DNA of 64,000 nt, taken from Bifidobacteriaceae bacterium. GTDB taxonomy: Bacteria > Actinomycetota > Actinomycetes > Actinomycetales > WQXJ01. How positions within the stretch are numbered: position 1 is the stretch's first letter; every line of letters begins with the position of its first letter. The position numbers and the translations under genes were made by a program. Below are positions 41,985 through 51,383 of this stretch, in pieces. The stretch lies in the NCBI GenBank assembly GCA_031268215.1, contig JAIRXP010000033.1, positions 1,404 through 65,403 of the forward strand. The letters run 5' to 3'. The notes beneath the pieces are model-generated. The model saw only the letters and a list, made by a program, of their open reading frames with translations, had not been told where the DNA came from and did not search any database.

Positions 41985-44900
41985 TCAGGCGCCCGGCGGC
42001 CGCACAAACGGGAAGGTCAGGGTGTCGCGAATGTTCGCCCCGGTCAACGTCATGACGAGCCGGTCAACCCCCAACCCCAGACCGCCGGTTGGCACCAGAC
42101 CAAAATCCAGAGCGTTCAAGAAGTCCTCGTCAATCTCCATGGCCTCTGGGTCACCCGCCGCGGCCTTGGCGGACTGGGCGGTCAGCCGGGCCCGCTCATC
42201 GACCGGATCGGTCAGTTCGGAGTAGGCGGTGCCGACCTCGGAACCAAAAGCAACCAGGTCCCAGCGTTCGGCCAGCCCAGATATTTCCCGATGCCGCCGC
42301 GTCAGTGGCGATGTCTCCACCGGAAAATCGGTATAGAAAGTAGGCTCAAGAGTCTGCCCCTCAACCAGCTCGTCGTATAACTCAGCCACCAGTTCACCAC
42401 CCGACCATTCATCGCGCCAGACGACCTTGGCGCCCGTGGCCAAGGCCCGTAACTCGGCCAAAGGCGTCGCCGTGGTGACCGTAGCTCCCAAAGCCCTGGA
42501 GACGGCATCGTGCACCGAAACGACCGGCCAGTCCCCAGCCAGCGGAACCTCGCGGCCGTCCGGCGCGAACGCTACGGCCTCACCGTGAACGGCCAACGCC
42601 GCCGCCCGGATCAGGTCCTGCGTGAGGTAGCGCATCCCGTCGTAGTCAGAGAAGGCCTGGTAAACCTCAAGCGACGTGAATTCGGGGTTGTGCTTACGGT
42701 CAACGCCTTCATTGCGGAAGTTGCGGCCCAGTTCAAAGACCCGTTCAACCCCGCCAACAGCCAGGCGTTTGAGATACAACTCGGGCGCGATCCGCAAGTA
42801 AAGGTCCATGTCATAGGCGTTAATGTGGGTCCGGAACGGCCGAGCGTTAGCGCCGCCATGAATCGGCTGAAGAATGGGTGTCTCGACCTCAATGAAGCCG
42901 CGCTCCTGGAGTGCGGACCGCAACCCGGCGGCCGCGGCCGAACGGGCGTAGATCATCTCCATGGCGCGGTTATTGGTGGCCAACACCAAATGCGGTGCCC
43001 GGGCCAGCGCCGGTGTCAGCTTTGGCACTTCCTCTTCCGTCCGCCGCTTGGACGGGGACGGCGCGACGGATTTGGCGGCCATAGCCCAGCTAGTAGCATC
43101 AAGGCTCAAGTGCCCCGTCTTGGTGTGCGTCAACGTACCGGTCACAGACACCACATCACCCAGTTGGGCATGGCGTTTGAACAGGCCAAAGCTGGCCACC
43201 CGGGGACGGCGCAACATGACCTGAAGTTCCGCCACGCCCTCACGTAAGTCCGCGAAAATGACACCGCCGTGATCGCGTTTGCGCAGGACACGCCCCACCA
43301 CGGAAAGCGGACTGGCCTCCTGTCCAGTCCCGCCGTCAGCCTCCTCGCCGGCCGTGTGACCAGATTCGTAACGGATCGCTTGGCGCAGCGAATGGGTGCG
43401 CGGCACGGCCACTGGGTTTGGATCCATGCCCCCCCGCTCTAGGGCCGCCCGGTGGGCCAACCGCGCCGCCACCACCGAACCTGGCGCGGCCTCAACCGCG
43501 ACCGCTTTCAGGGCCTCGCTTTCGAGCGCCTCAACCGCCGCCACGAACTGCGGACCATGCCGGTCGGTGCCGCGCCACCCCGTGTGGGACAGCAATTCCG
43601 CCGGAGACTTGTCTGGCAGGAAGCCCTCGGCCCGGCCTACCGCGATGATCACTTCAGACAGCGACGCGCCACGGTCAAAACAGATCACTCGCGGCTTCCA
43701 ATCCGGCGCATATTTCTCATTCGACCGGTACAGACCATCAATCTGCCACCATCTGGACGCCAGTAGCAGCGACCGGCGAACAAACCGCGCCATTGGATAG
43801 GCGCCAATCTCTCCGCCGCCAACCAGGAAGCGTCTCAGCACCGCGAAGTTCAGAGAAACCCGCTCTATGCCGGTCTCCCGGGCGGCCTCCACCAAGCCCG
43901 TGACCATCAATTCGGTGGTGCCGGAATGCGCTCTTGGATCGTGCCGCATGATGTCCAGCGAGACTCCCCGTCTGCCCCAAGGCGCGAATGTCAACAGCCC
44001 CCGGACACGCCCGCTCGAATCAAGAGCGGTGACTATCAGATCGCGGCGGTCGGCCGGATCACCAATCCGCCCGGAGGTCATTGAAAACCCGCGTTCTTCC
44101 CCCCGGCGCCAGAAATCAGCGTCCCGCGCCAAAGTCGCCATTTCCGCCGCGGGCACGTCTTCTTGGCGGCGGACCTGGACGGTGTATCCGGCCCGGCGCA
44201 GCCTCCTGGCCGTTTCCGCCACATCCCGCAGCCGGCGGTCCCGCAACGAGAAATCATCCGGCCGGATGATCGCCTCATCCCCCAGTTCCAGCGAACGCAG
44301 CCCCGCCGCTTCCCAGGCATGGCCGCCGCGTCTGGTGGCCGAGGCTACCGCCGGGGTCCAGCCATGGCGCCGAGCCAGATCAATCCAGCGCCCAATCGCG
44401 TCATCCCAGGACGCCCGGTCACCGACCGGATCCGAACTGGCCAACAATGTGGCCCCCACCAGCCTTCCCACCACGGCCGCCTGCCCGTCGTCAGAAAACA
44501 CCGCCGTCTTGTCTGGCCGGAGGTTGAAATATCCCAGCGAATCTTGGTCACCAAACCGCCACAGCAAGCCCCGCAATGACAGCTCCTGATCCTCTGTCAG
44601 AGTGTGAATCCGCCGGTCAGAGCGGGTAAAGACAAGCAGCGCCACCAGCAACGCCAAGGTCGCCAGCACCGAGGTTGACCGGATCACCCACCAGGGAGCC
44701 ACCACATTGGAGACAGTGGCGTGCCACTCTGGCCGCCCGGCTATTCCGGAGCCGGTGATGATCTCCTCTGGGCCCTGGCCAAGCGTGATGTTGACCGCCC
44801 ACCAGGCTTTTATGCCCAAGCCCACTCCGTCCGCACCAATCGCCACAGCCCAACCAAAAGCCCAAGCGGCCGATGCCGCCAGCCCAGCTACCAGCGTCGC

Positions 44901-45401
44901 AGCGGAGAGCGACACCGAGCGCCGGGAGACAGGCGCCCCGAAGGCCTTGCGGTGCGCCACCAGCCACCACACAATGGCAATGGCGACCAACGCGCTGATC
45001 GCGATCCGGACGGGAATGGCGCCAGAAGTCAGGCGGTGGGACAGCGCCGGATAGAGCAAACCGTGCCAATCCAGGCCGTTGGCCCAGGCGGCGGCCAGCA
45101 CGCAGGCGTAAACGATTGCAGGCGCCTGGACCAGCCAGACAATGGACCACATGGCCGCCCGTTTGCGGTGCCGGATCGCGGATGCCAAGACCGCCAGGGC
45201 GGCGAAGTTAAACAATGAAGAGTTGCCGGGCAAGTTCAAAGCATCCAGCATCATCCAGACCGCCCGGAAGAGAGCCGGAAAGAGCCGGCGCATGGGCCAA
45301 GCCAGCAACGCCCAAACGGCGGCGAAGCCCAGAATCCTGGCCACCCAGACCGGGACCCGGCTGGCCTTCCAATCGCAGGCGCCATCCACCTTCTTGGCCA
45401 T
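41985..45401 (-). CDS. lysX: Bifunctional lysylphosphatidylglycerol synthase / lysine--tRNA ligase (LysX type)
   Basis: An N-terminal MprF-like polytopic region plus a DUF2156/LPG-synthase domain is fused to a C-terminal class II LysRS (FRNEGVDRKHNPEFTSLEVY, GGLGLGVDRLVM). The ATG at 45401 has a GGGGGAGAAGG RBS. Confidence 0.85.
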   Translation of the reverse strand: MAKKVDGACDWKASRVPVWVARILGFAAVWALLAWPMRRLFPALFRAVWMMLDALNLPGNSSLFNFAALAVLASAIRHRKRAAMWSIVWLVQAPAIVYACVLAAAWANGLDWHGLLYPALSHRLTSGAIPVRIAISALVAIAIVWWLVAHRKAFGAPVSRRSVSLSAATLVAGLAASAAWAFGWAVAIGADGVGLGIKAWWAVNITLGQGPEEIITGSGIAGRPEWHATVSNVVAPWWVIRSTSVLATLALLVALLVFTRSDRRIHTLTEDQELSLRGLLWRFGDQDSLGYFNLRPDKTAVFSDDGQAAVVGRLVGATLLASSDPVGDRASWDDAIGRWIDLARRHGWTPAVASATRRGGHAWEAAGLRSLELGDEAIIRPDDFSLRDRRLRDVAETARRLRRAGYTVQVRRQEDVPAAEMATLARDADFWRRGEERGFSMTSGRIGDPADRRDLIVTALDSSGRVRGLLTFAPWGRRGVSLDIMRHDPRAHSGTTELMVTGLVEAARETGIERVSLNFAVLRRFLVGGGEIGAYPMARFVRRSLLLASRWWQIDGLYRSNEKYAPDWKPRVICFDRGASLSEVIIAVGRAEGFLPDKSPAELLSHTGWRGTDRHGPQFVAAVEALESEALKAVAVEAAPGSVVAARLAHRAALERGGMDPNPVAVPRTHSLRQAIRYESGHTAGEEADGGTGQEASPLSVVGRVLRKRDHGGVIFADLREGVAELQVMLRRPRVASFGLFKRHAQLGDVVSVTGTLTHTKTGHLSLDATSWAMAAKSVAPSPSKRRTEEEVPKLTPALARAPHLVLATNNRAMEMIYARSAAAAGLRSALQERGFIEVETPILQPIHGGANARPFRTHINAYDMDLYLRIAPELYLKRLAVGGVERVFELGRNFRNEGVDRKHNPEFTSLEVYQAFSDYDGMRYLTQDLIRAAALAVHGEAVAFAPDGREVPLAGDWPVVSVHDAVSRALGATVTTATPLAELRALATGAKVVWRDEWSGGELVAELYDELVEGQTLEPTFYTDFPVETSPLTRRHREISGLAERWDLVAFGSEVGTAYSELTDPVDERARLTAQSAKAAAGDPEAMEIDEDFLNALDFGLVPTGGLGLGVDRLVMTLTGANIRDTLTFPFVRPPGA

Positions 45402-45599
45402 GATCCTTCTCCCCCCGATTCGCTGACCTTGGCCGGCCCAAACGGCACCCACAGGCGCCCCTGCCTCGCTTTCAATTGTGCCTCAGGGCGCGCGAGCGCG
45501 CCTGGACCGACAGGAGGAGGGCCATTTTGATGGCCCCATGAACCCACTGCGGCCCGGCCGCGATTGCCGCGAGTTCCTGGCGAGTGGCGCCAGCGAGGC

Positions 45600-45619
45600 C
45601 AGGCGGCGGCTGCCGCCTG
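45600..45619 (-). terminator. GC-rich 8-bp stem-loop (CAGGCGGC-GGCT-GCCGCCTG) 6 nt after the malG stop
   Basis: Read directly. There is no U-tract, so this is only a candidate. Confidence 0.3.
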
Positions 45620-45625
45620 CGGGGT

Positions 45626-46561
45626 CTAGCCCTTGACCGCGCCCGCAGTCAGCCCGGAGACAATGTACCGTTGCAAGAACAAGAACAAGACCAGCACCGG
45701 TATGGCGGAGATGACCGCACCCGCCGCGAATTGGCCCCAGACCTGATGGCGTTCCGAACCGACCATGTCATACAGTGCCACGGCCAGGGTCCATTTCTCG
45801 GGTTGAGTCAGCACCAAGCGGGCGATCACGAACTCGGAGAAGCTGGAGATGAAACTGAGCAATCCGACCACGGCCAGCACCGGTGCCACCATGCGCAGGA
45901 TGATTGTCCAGTAGATCTGGGCGTGGGTGGCGCCATCAAGCTTGGCCGCTTCATCCAAGGACACCGGCACGGTGTTGAAAAAGCCATACATCAAGAAGGT
46001 GTTCACACCGAGAGCACCACCCAGGTAGATGGCTATGACGGTGACCAAGGAGTTCATGCCCAGAACTGGGAAGACTTCCTGAAGGCCCAGAACCAGCAAG
46101 TAGATTGCGACGAAGGCGAGCAACTGCGGGAACATCTGCACCACCAGCAGGAAGGTCAAAGTGAACCGGCGACCCTGGAACCGGAAACGGCTGAAGGCGT
46201 AGGCCGCCGCCGCTCCCATCAGGACCGTGCCGATGGCCGTGATTCCCCCGACAATCAAGGTGTTGGCCAGTTGCTGGCCAAACGGCCGGGAACTGAACAG
46301 ATCGGAGAAGTTCTGCAAGCTGAAGGACTTGAAGATCGACTGGTTGGCCAGCCCGGCGTTCGGGTCAAACGCCATATTCACAACGAACACCAGCGGAAAG
46401 ACGGCGTAGATCGACACCACCACAGCGACAATGTGACGCCAGCCAACTTCCCGCCACCAGGCCTTGCGATGCGCGGCCCGGCGGTCGGCATCGGTCCGGG
46501 TGGTGAACCCACGAGCGGTACCGGCCGTGTAATCCCGAAACTGCTTCTCGGAACTCATCAC
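45626..46561 (-). CDS. malG: Maltose/maltodextrin-type ABC transporter permease
   Basis: EAA loop LDEAAKLDGATHAQIYWTIILR. Translationally coupled to the upstream permease. Confidence 0.75.
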   Translation of the reverse strand: MMSSEKQFRDYTAGTARGFTTRTDADRRAAHRKAWWREVGWRHIVAVVVSIYAVFPLVFVVNMAFDPNAGLANQSIFKSFSLQNFSDLFSSRPFGQQLANTLIVGGITAIGTVLMGAAAAYAFSRFRFQGRRFTLTFLLVVQMFPQLLAFVAIYLLVLGLQEVFPVLGMNSLVTVIAIYLGGALGVNTFLMYGFFNTVPVSLDEAAKLDGATHAQIYWTIILRMVAPVLAVVGLLSFISSFSEFVIARLVLTQPEKWTLAVALYDMVGSERHQVWGQFAAGAVISAIPVLVLFLFLQRYIVSGLTAGAVKG

Positions 46562-48213
46562 ATCACATCCTCAAGGGAACGGGTCTTGCGGAACGAGAAC
46601 ACGGCGATCAGGCCCACCACGATGAAGATGATGATGCTCAACGCCGTGGCCAGGCCATAGTCGGGGTTCTGCCCAACGCCGGCCAGTTTGTAGACCATCG
46701 AAATCATGATGTCCGTCCCACCTGGATCATTGACTGAATCACCCGGTGGGATTGGGCCACCGCCAGTCAGCATGTAGATCAGGTTGAAGTTGTTGAAGTT
46801 GAACGCGAATGAGCTAATCAACAAGGGCGCCACGGACACGAACAACAGGGGCAGGGTGATCTTGGAGAAGCGCTTGACTGGCCCAGCGCCATCGACCTTG
46901 GCGGACTCCATGATGTCACCCGGAATCGATTGCAAGGCGCCCGTGCAAACCAGGAACATGTACGGGTATCCGAGCCAAAGGTTGACCAGGATGACGGAGA
47001 CCTGAGCCGTCAAGGCTGATCCAGTCAGCCAGTCAACGCCCTCGAATCCCGGGATCCATCCCAAGATGACGTTGTTGATCACGCCGTAGTCCTTGTTCAG
47101 CAAGTTCTTCCAGAGCAAAGCTGACATGAATCCGGGGAAGGCGTACGGCAGGATCATGATGACCCGGTAGAACTTCAGGCCCCGGATCCGATCCGAGTTG
47201 AAAACCAACGCCAGCAGTAGGCCCGCGAAGAATGTGGTGGCCACAGACAAGAATGCGAACACGACGGTCCAAATGAACACTTTGGCAAAGGTGGTGGCGA
47301 TCTCTGGATCTGTGAACAGTTTGACAAAATTGTCAAAACCGACCATCACTTTCCAGCCGCCACCACCTGGGTACCGCTGGCCGTTGGCCTCAAACTGGCC
47401 GGTAGTGTTGTTCGCCTTATAGACAATCTCCTGGCCGTCCTTGCTGGTGCGGTCTATCAGGGCGTCCTCAGCTTCGTTGTACTCCACCCCGGGTCGGTAA
47501 GTCTGGCCCCGCGTGAAGTCCGTCGCCATCACCTTCATGGAGCCCGCATTGGGGTCTGAAGACAGTGGTACCAGCAGGTCTGTCACTGGCTTGGTTGGTC
47601 GCGTACCGCCCAGGCCTTCAAATTCCGCCTCCTGGACGGTGGTGTAGCCAGGAACGGCCGTGACTTGGTCGCCTTCGACTGTCGCTTCCGGATCCGCCGC
47701 GAACGGCTCGTCTTGACCGCCCACTTGGGCCTGGCCGTCCTCGTCGACATAGGCCAGATGGTATTCGTCGCCTTCGAGCAGCAGCGCCACTGGGCGAACC
47801 GGCGCATCAGGGTCCAAGACCTGGGAGTTGCGCACAATCGCTTCGATCGCGTCCTGCTTTGTCCCCATGTGCCGGTCACCGTAATTGGTGAACGCGACGT
47901 AGGCGGTGTTGATCATCACATAGATCTGGAATATCAGCAGGAAAACCATCCCAGGGACTATGTACTTGGCGGGTAGAGCCCGTTTAGCGAAGTAAACATA
48001 GTTCACCACTATCAAGAGCACCACCAGAACGGTACCAATGACGGTTGAACCAACCTTGAACGCCGTCCAGACTCCATACACGCCTAAGGCGTCAATCAAC
48101 GCCATCAGCGTCAGTTTGACGAAGAACCCCGCTCCCCAGGACTGGGCGTGGGCCTCAGTCGCTTGACGCCGGCGCTTCGCCGCTGCCCGGTCGATGCCAG
48201 TTTCGTTGCTCAT
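46558..48213 (-). CDS. malF: Maltose/maltodextrin-type ABC transporter permease with a large extracytoplasmic loop
   Basis: 551 aa with a long loop between the early TM helices, as in MalF (P2 loop). EAA loop ESAKVDGAGPVKRFSKITLP. Confidence 0.75.
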   Translation of the reverse strand: MSNETGIDRAAAKRRRQATEAHAQSWGAGFFVKLTLMALIDALGVYGVWTAFKVGSTVIGTVLVVLLIVVNYVYFAKRALPAKYIVPGMVFLLIFQIYVMINTAYVAFTNYGDRHMGTKQDAIEAIVRNSQVLDPDAPVRPVALLLEGDEYHLAYVDEDGQAQVGGQDEPFAADPEATVEGDQVTAVPGYTTVQEAEFEGLGGTRPTKPVTDLLVPLSSDPNAGSMKVMATDFTRGQTYRPGVEYNEAEDALIDRTSKDGQEIVYKANNTTGQFEANGQRYPGGGGWKVMVGFDNFVKLFTDPEIATTFAKVFIWTVVFAFLSVATTFFAGLLLALVFNSDRIRGLKFYRVIMILPYAFPGFMSALLWKNLLNKDYGVINNVILGWIPGFEGVDWLTGSALTAQVSVILVNLWLGYPYMFLVCTGALQSIPGDIMESAKVDGAGPVKRFSKITLPLLFVSVAPLLISSFAFNFNNFNLIYMLTGGGPIPPGDSVNDPGGTDIMISMVYKLAGVGQNPDYGLATALSIIIFIVVGLIAVFSFRKTRSLEDVM

Positions 48214-48384
48214 GAATGCCTCTCATCATGCCGAATTGGCCTGGTCCTCTCCAACCATTCTTGTGTATGCGAAGAGCCCCGGATGCGGGACTGGCCGGTT
48301 CATTTTCCGTAAACCAGCCCCGCCGCCGGGGTGAGGATTGGGACTTACTCCCCTGGTTTCTTCAGGGGCCCGCCGGTGGCGGAT

Positions 48385-48419
48385 CCCTTGGGGGCCTGCC
48401 GTGAGCGGGTCCCCAAGGG
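48385..48419 (-). terminator. Intercistronic stem-loop between malE and malF (CCCTTGGGG ... CCCCAAGGG)
   Basis: A 9-bp stem read directly. An overlapping alternative stem, GTGAGC/GCTCAC, lies at 48401-48425. This could be a partial terminator or mRNA stabiliser, as in other malEFG operons. Confidence 0.35.
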
Positions 48420-48447
48420 GCTCACGCCGAAGGGCGGCCCGGCATCA

Positions 48448-49689
48448 CTAGCCGGCCGCGGTGATGGCCTGCTGGATGTCCGCCATGGCCTTGTCCCAGG
48501 TGGCAACCGGGTCCGCCCCTCCAATGATGTCCGCCTCGGCTTTGCCCCACGGCTTCCAAACCTGGTTCATGGCTGGGATGGCGGGCTGCAGCACCGCGCT
48601 CTTCCCGGCTTCCAGGAACCCGCCCACGATCGGATCCTCGACCACCTTGGGGTCCGCTGCGGCCTCAGTGTTGGCCGGCAAGCGCCCGCCCACATCGAAC
48701 AGGGCTAGCTGGGTGTCCTTGGCGGTCAAGAAGTTGATCATGAAGCGCTGGGCGGCGGCCTGTTGCTTAGACTGCGCCGACAGGAAGAACCCCGGCACGC
48801 CCAGGAATGGCTGGGCCGGCTGGCCCCCCGCTGAGGGAACCGGCAGCACCGTGACATCCATTCCAGCGGCCTTCCAATCCGCCACCAGCCAAGGACCAAC
48901 GATTGCGTACGGCGCCTTGCCAGCCTGGAAATCAGCCTTGACTATGTCATAGGTCACCGACTTGCTGAAGACTCCCTCCGCCCCCAGCTTGCCCAAGTAC
49001 TGGGCGTAGGCGTGGCCCGGATCGCCGGTCATCCCGAGTTCAGGTGTCCACTCGCCATCCGCGTCCTGCTTGAAGACTGGAGCGCCAAAGGAAGACTGCA
49101 AAGGATAAGACGTGTAGCCATCACCCTCTTCGCCAATCTGGAGCAGAACGGAACCTTCGGTCCCCGTCGCCTTGGCCTCAGCGATCAACTCATCGAACGT
49201 GGTGGCCTTGGTTTCGCTCAGCACAGCGTTGTTGCGGACCAAGGCGATGTTCTCCAGGGCGTAGGGGACCCCGTAGGTCTGGCCGGCCGAGGTGTAGGCC
49301 GCCACCGCCCGCTCATCGAGCTGGTCTGCGACAGTAGACAGATCGACCGGAGCGATCAAGTTGTTAGCGATCAACTCGCCCAGCCAGTCGTTCGCCCCGA
49401 CGGCGATGTCAGGTCCGGCCCCAGCGGAGACCTGGGTATTGAAGTCGGCCCGGATGTCGTCGAAATTCTTCTGCTCAAGTTTGATTGTGACTCCAGCGCT
49501 CTTTTCGTATTCGCCAACAATTGGCTTGAGGGCGTTGATACGGGTCTCGTCGACCCATACCGTCAGCGTCACCGATGACTTGCCGCTGTCCCCGTTTGAC
49601 TTGCCGTCATCTTTCTGGCCGCCACCACAGGCCGCCAAACCGACTGTCAGCCCAATTGCTACCGCGGCTACCGCAGCTAGACGTTTCAT
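48448..49689 (-). CDS. malE: Maltose/maltodextrin-binding lipoprotein
   Basis: Starts MKRLAAVAAVAIGLTVGLAACGGG (lipobox). MalE-like fold pattern (VWVDE, GPDIAVGANDW, PWLVADW). The 73-aa ORF-track extension is rejected. Confidence 0.75.
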   Translation of the reverse strand: MKRLAAVAAVAIGLTVGLAACGGGQKDDGKSNGDSGKSSVTLTVWVDETRINALKPIVGEYEKSAGVTIKLEQKNFDDIRADFNTQVSAGAGPDIAVGANDWLGELIANNLIAPVDLSTVADQLDERAVAAYTSAGQTYGVPYALENIALVRNNAVLSETKATTFDELIAEAKATGTEGSVLLQIGEEGDGYTSYPLQSSFGAPVFKQDADGEWTPELGMTGDPGHAYAQYLGKLGAEGVFSKSVTYDIVKADFQAGKAPYAIVGPWLVADWKAAGMDVTVLPVPSAGGQPAQPFLGVPGFFLSAQSKQQAAAQRFMINFLTAKDTQLALFDVGGRLPANTEAAADPKVVEDPIVGGFLEAGKSAVLQPAIPAMNQVWKPWGKAEADIIGGADPVATWDKAMADIQQAITAAG

Positions 49690-50038
49690 TTTGCCTCCAT
49701 CTTTCAGACTTCTGCGGAGTACCGAGAGCCCCCGCATCAACGGTCGTTGAGCAGTAACGCTAGCGCCGGCGGTGCAGTCCGGACAAAGACCTCGGGGCCT
49801 CCTCACGCGGTGGACGGGAACACCCCGCCCATGGCGAACCTCAGACCTTCCGGGGCCCGCGGGCACCGCCTGGGGGGTTTGCCATAGCATGACCTTCTCA
49901 TGGCACACACTTGGCCCCTATTCGTTACCAAGTTGCAACCTTCCGCTTGCGCCCCAGCGCAATGCTGGAGCCCAACTGTCCCGTGCTGTCCGCCGTGTTT
50001 AGGCGTTAGGTGACCGGGCGGCACTGGCCGCCGAAGCG

Positions 50039-50617
50039 CTAACCCACCCGAGGGAAGCGGAACTCGCACCAGGTGACGTGGTCGTTGACCATGCCGACCG
50101 ACTGCATCAGGCTATAGACAATGGTCGAACCGACGAACTTGAACCCGCGCCGCTTCAAGTCCCGGCCGAGGCAGTCAGACAGGTCAGTCGAGGCCGGCAA
50201 GTCTTCCTGCCGTTCCCAGCTATTGACGATTGGCACACCATCCACGAAGCCCCACAGATATCGCCCGAAATCGCCCAGTTCAAGGGCCGCCCGGGCGTTG
50301 GCAACGGCGGCATTCACCTTCAACCGGTTGCGGATGATTCCGGGGTTGGCCAATAGCTCCTCGATCTTGGCCGGACCATAACCAGCCACCACCGTAGCGT
50401 CAAACCCGTCAAAGGCCTCGCGGTAGGCAGCCCGCTTGTGCAAGACGGTCCGCCAGGACAGGCCCGCTTGGGCGCCTTCCAAGATGAGCATCTCAAACAG
50501 TTCACGCCGGTCATGGCATGGTACGCCCCATTGCTCGTCATGGTAAAGACGCATCAAAGGGTCTGGTGAGTCACCCCACGGACAGCGGCGCGGGTTCTGG
50601 CGCGGTCGCGGCTTCAC
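50039..50617 (-). CDS. tag: DNA-3-methyladenine glycosylase I
   Basis: CPWGDSPDPLMRLYHDEQWGVP, FEMLILEGAQAGLSW and a C-terminal VNDH...C zinc-site context. Confidence 0.85.
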   Translation of the reverse strand: MKPRPRQNPRRCPWGDSPDPLMRLYHDEQWGVPCHDRRELFEMLILEGAQAGLSWRTVLHKRAAYREAFDGFDATVVAGYGPAKIEELLANPGIIRNRLKVNAAVANARAALELGDFGRYLWGFVDGVPIVNSWERQEDLPASTDLSDCLGRDLKRRGFKFVGSTIVYSLMQSVGMVNDHVTWCEFRFPRVG

Positions 50618-51294
50618 GGCCAGTCAACGTCAACGTCCGCCGGACGGCCCTCCGAGGACAACCAGGAGTTGAAACTGACCGCCCAATCATGGTGAATCCG
50701 CTGCTGCCAGGAGTGCAGGGCGGCGGTGTCCATTGCCGCGACCCGTCCATACTGGCGTTCAATCACATCGAACACAGCGATCGCCTGGCGCACGTCCTCA
50801 AGCGCGTCATGCGGGTTGAGACTCGGAGCGACTCCATAGAACTGGACCAGGTCACCGAGCTTGCGCTTTCCTTTGCGATAGCGGTCCACTCCTCGGTCAA
50901 TCACCAACGGATCAATCACCGGCGCCACAGCCCCGCCCAATCGCTCCTCCAAGCTCGCCAACCGATAGCGCGCCAGTTCAGCATTGAGAATGCGCAGGTC
51001 ATAGGCCGCGTTGAAGGCCAAGATGGCCGCGCCCTGGGTCAGTGCCTCAGCCAAGGAAGAGGCGATCTCTTCCAGGGCACCGGCGGGCTCGCGCCCATCC
51101 GCACGAGCCCGCTCAGTAGTGATGCCGTGGACGGCCACCGCCTGCGGCGGAATCTCCACGCCAGGGTTGATCAGCCAAGTCATCGCCTCTTGCCCGCCCG
51201 CCGCCGTTCGTTTCACCAACGCCGCCGTGACAATCCGGTCTTGTCCAGGCTTGACGCCTGTCGTCTCAGTGTCGAATCCAACCAAATTCCTCAT
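50614..51294 (-). CDS. DEDDh 3'-5' exonuclease (DnaQ/epsilon-like domain protein)
   Basis: Starts MRNLVGFDTETTG (Exo I). Also FNAAYDLRIL (Exo II) and HDALEDV (Exo III, His type). The 138-aa Arg-rich ORF-track extension is rejected. Confidence 0.75.
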   Translation of the reverse strand: MRNLVGFDTETTGVKPGQDRIVTAALVKRTAAGGQEAMTWLINPGVEIPPQAVAVHGITTERARADGREPAGALEEIASSLAEALTQGAAILAFNAAYDLRILNAELARYRLASLEERLGGAVAPVIDPLVIDRGVDRYRKGKRKLGDLVQFYGVAPSLNPHDALEDVRQAIAVFDVIERQYGRVAAMDTAALHSWQQRIHHDWAVSFNSWLSSEGRPADVDVDWP

Positions 51295-51383
51295 GGGACA
51301 ACTCTCCCACTCGCCTCCGACACGGTTAACGCGGCCCGCCGGAATGGGGCGCCGAGCAGCCGCACGGTCTGAGACGGATAGGC

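Noticed and set aside
45584-46660. A 358-aa plus-strand ORF antisense to malG. Similar long antisense ORFs occur at 1680-2447, 35110-36075, 36591-37475 and 5803-6558.
   Set aside because: These are Arg/Pro/Gly/His-rich with no recognisable motifs, and each fully overlaps a strongly supported gene on the other strand. This is the expected stop-codon-poor artefact of high-GC DNA.
49690-50038. A search for a MalR/LacI-type operator upstream of malE (for example CCAGCGCAATGCTGG).
   Set aside because: Only the 5-bp arms are symmetric, there is no central CG-type core, and no regulator gene is in the window. The support is insufficient.
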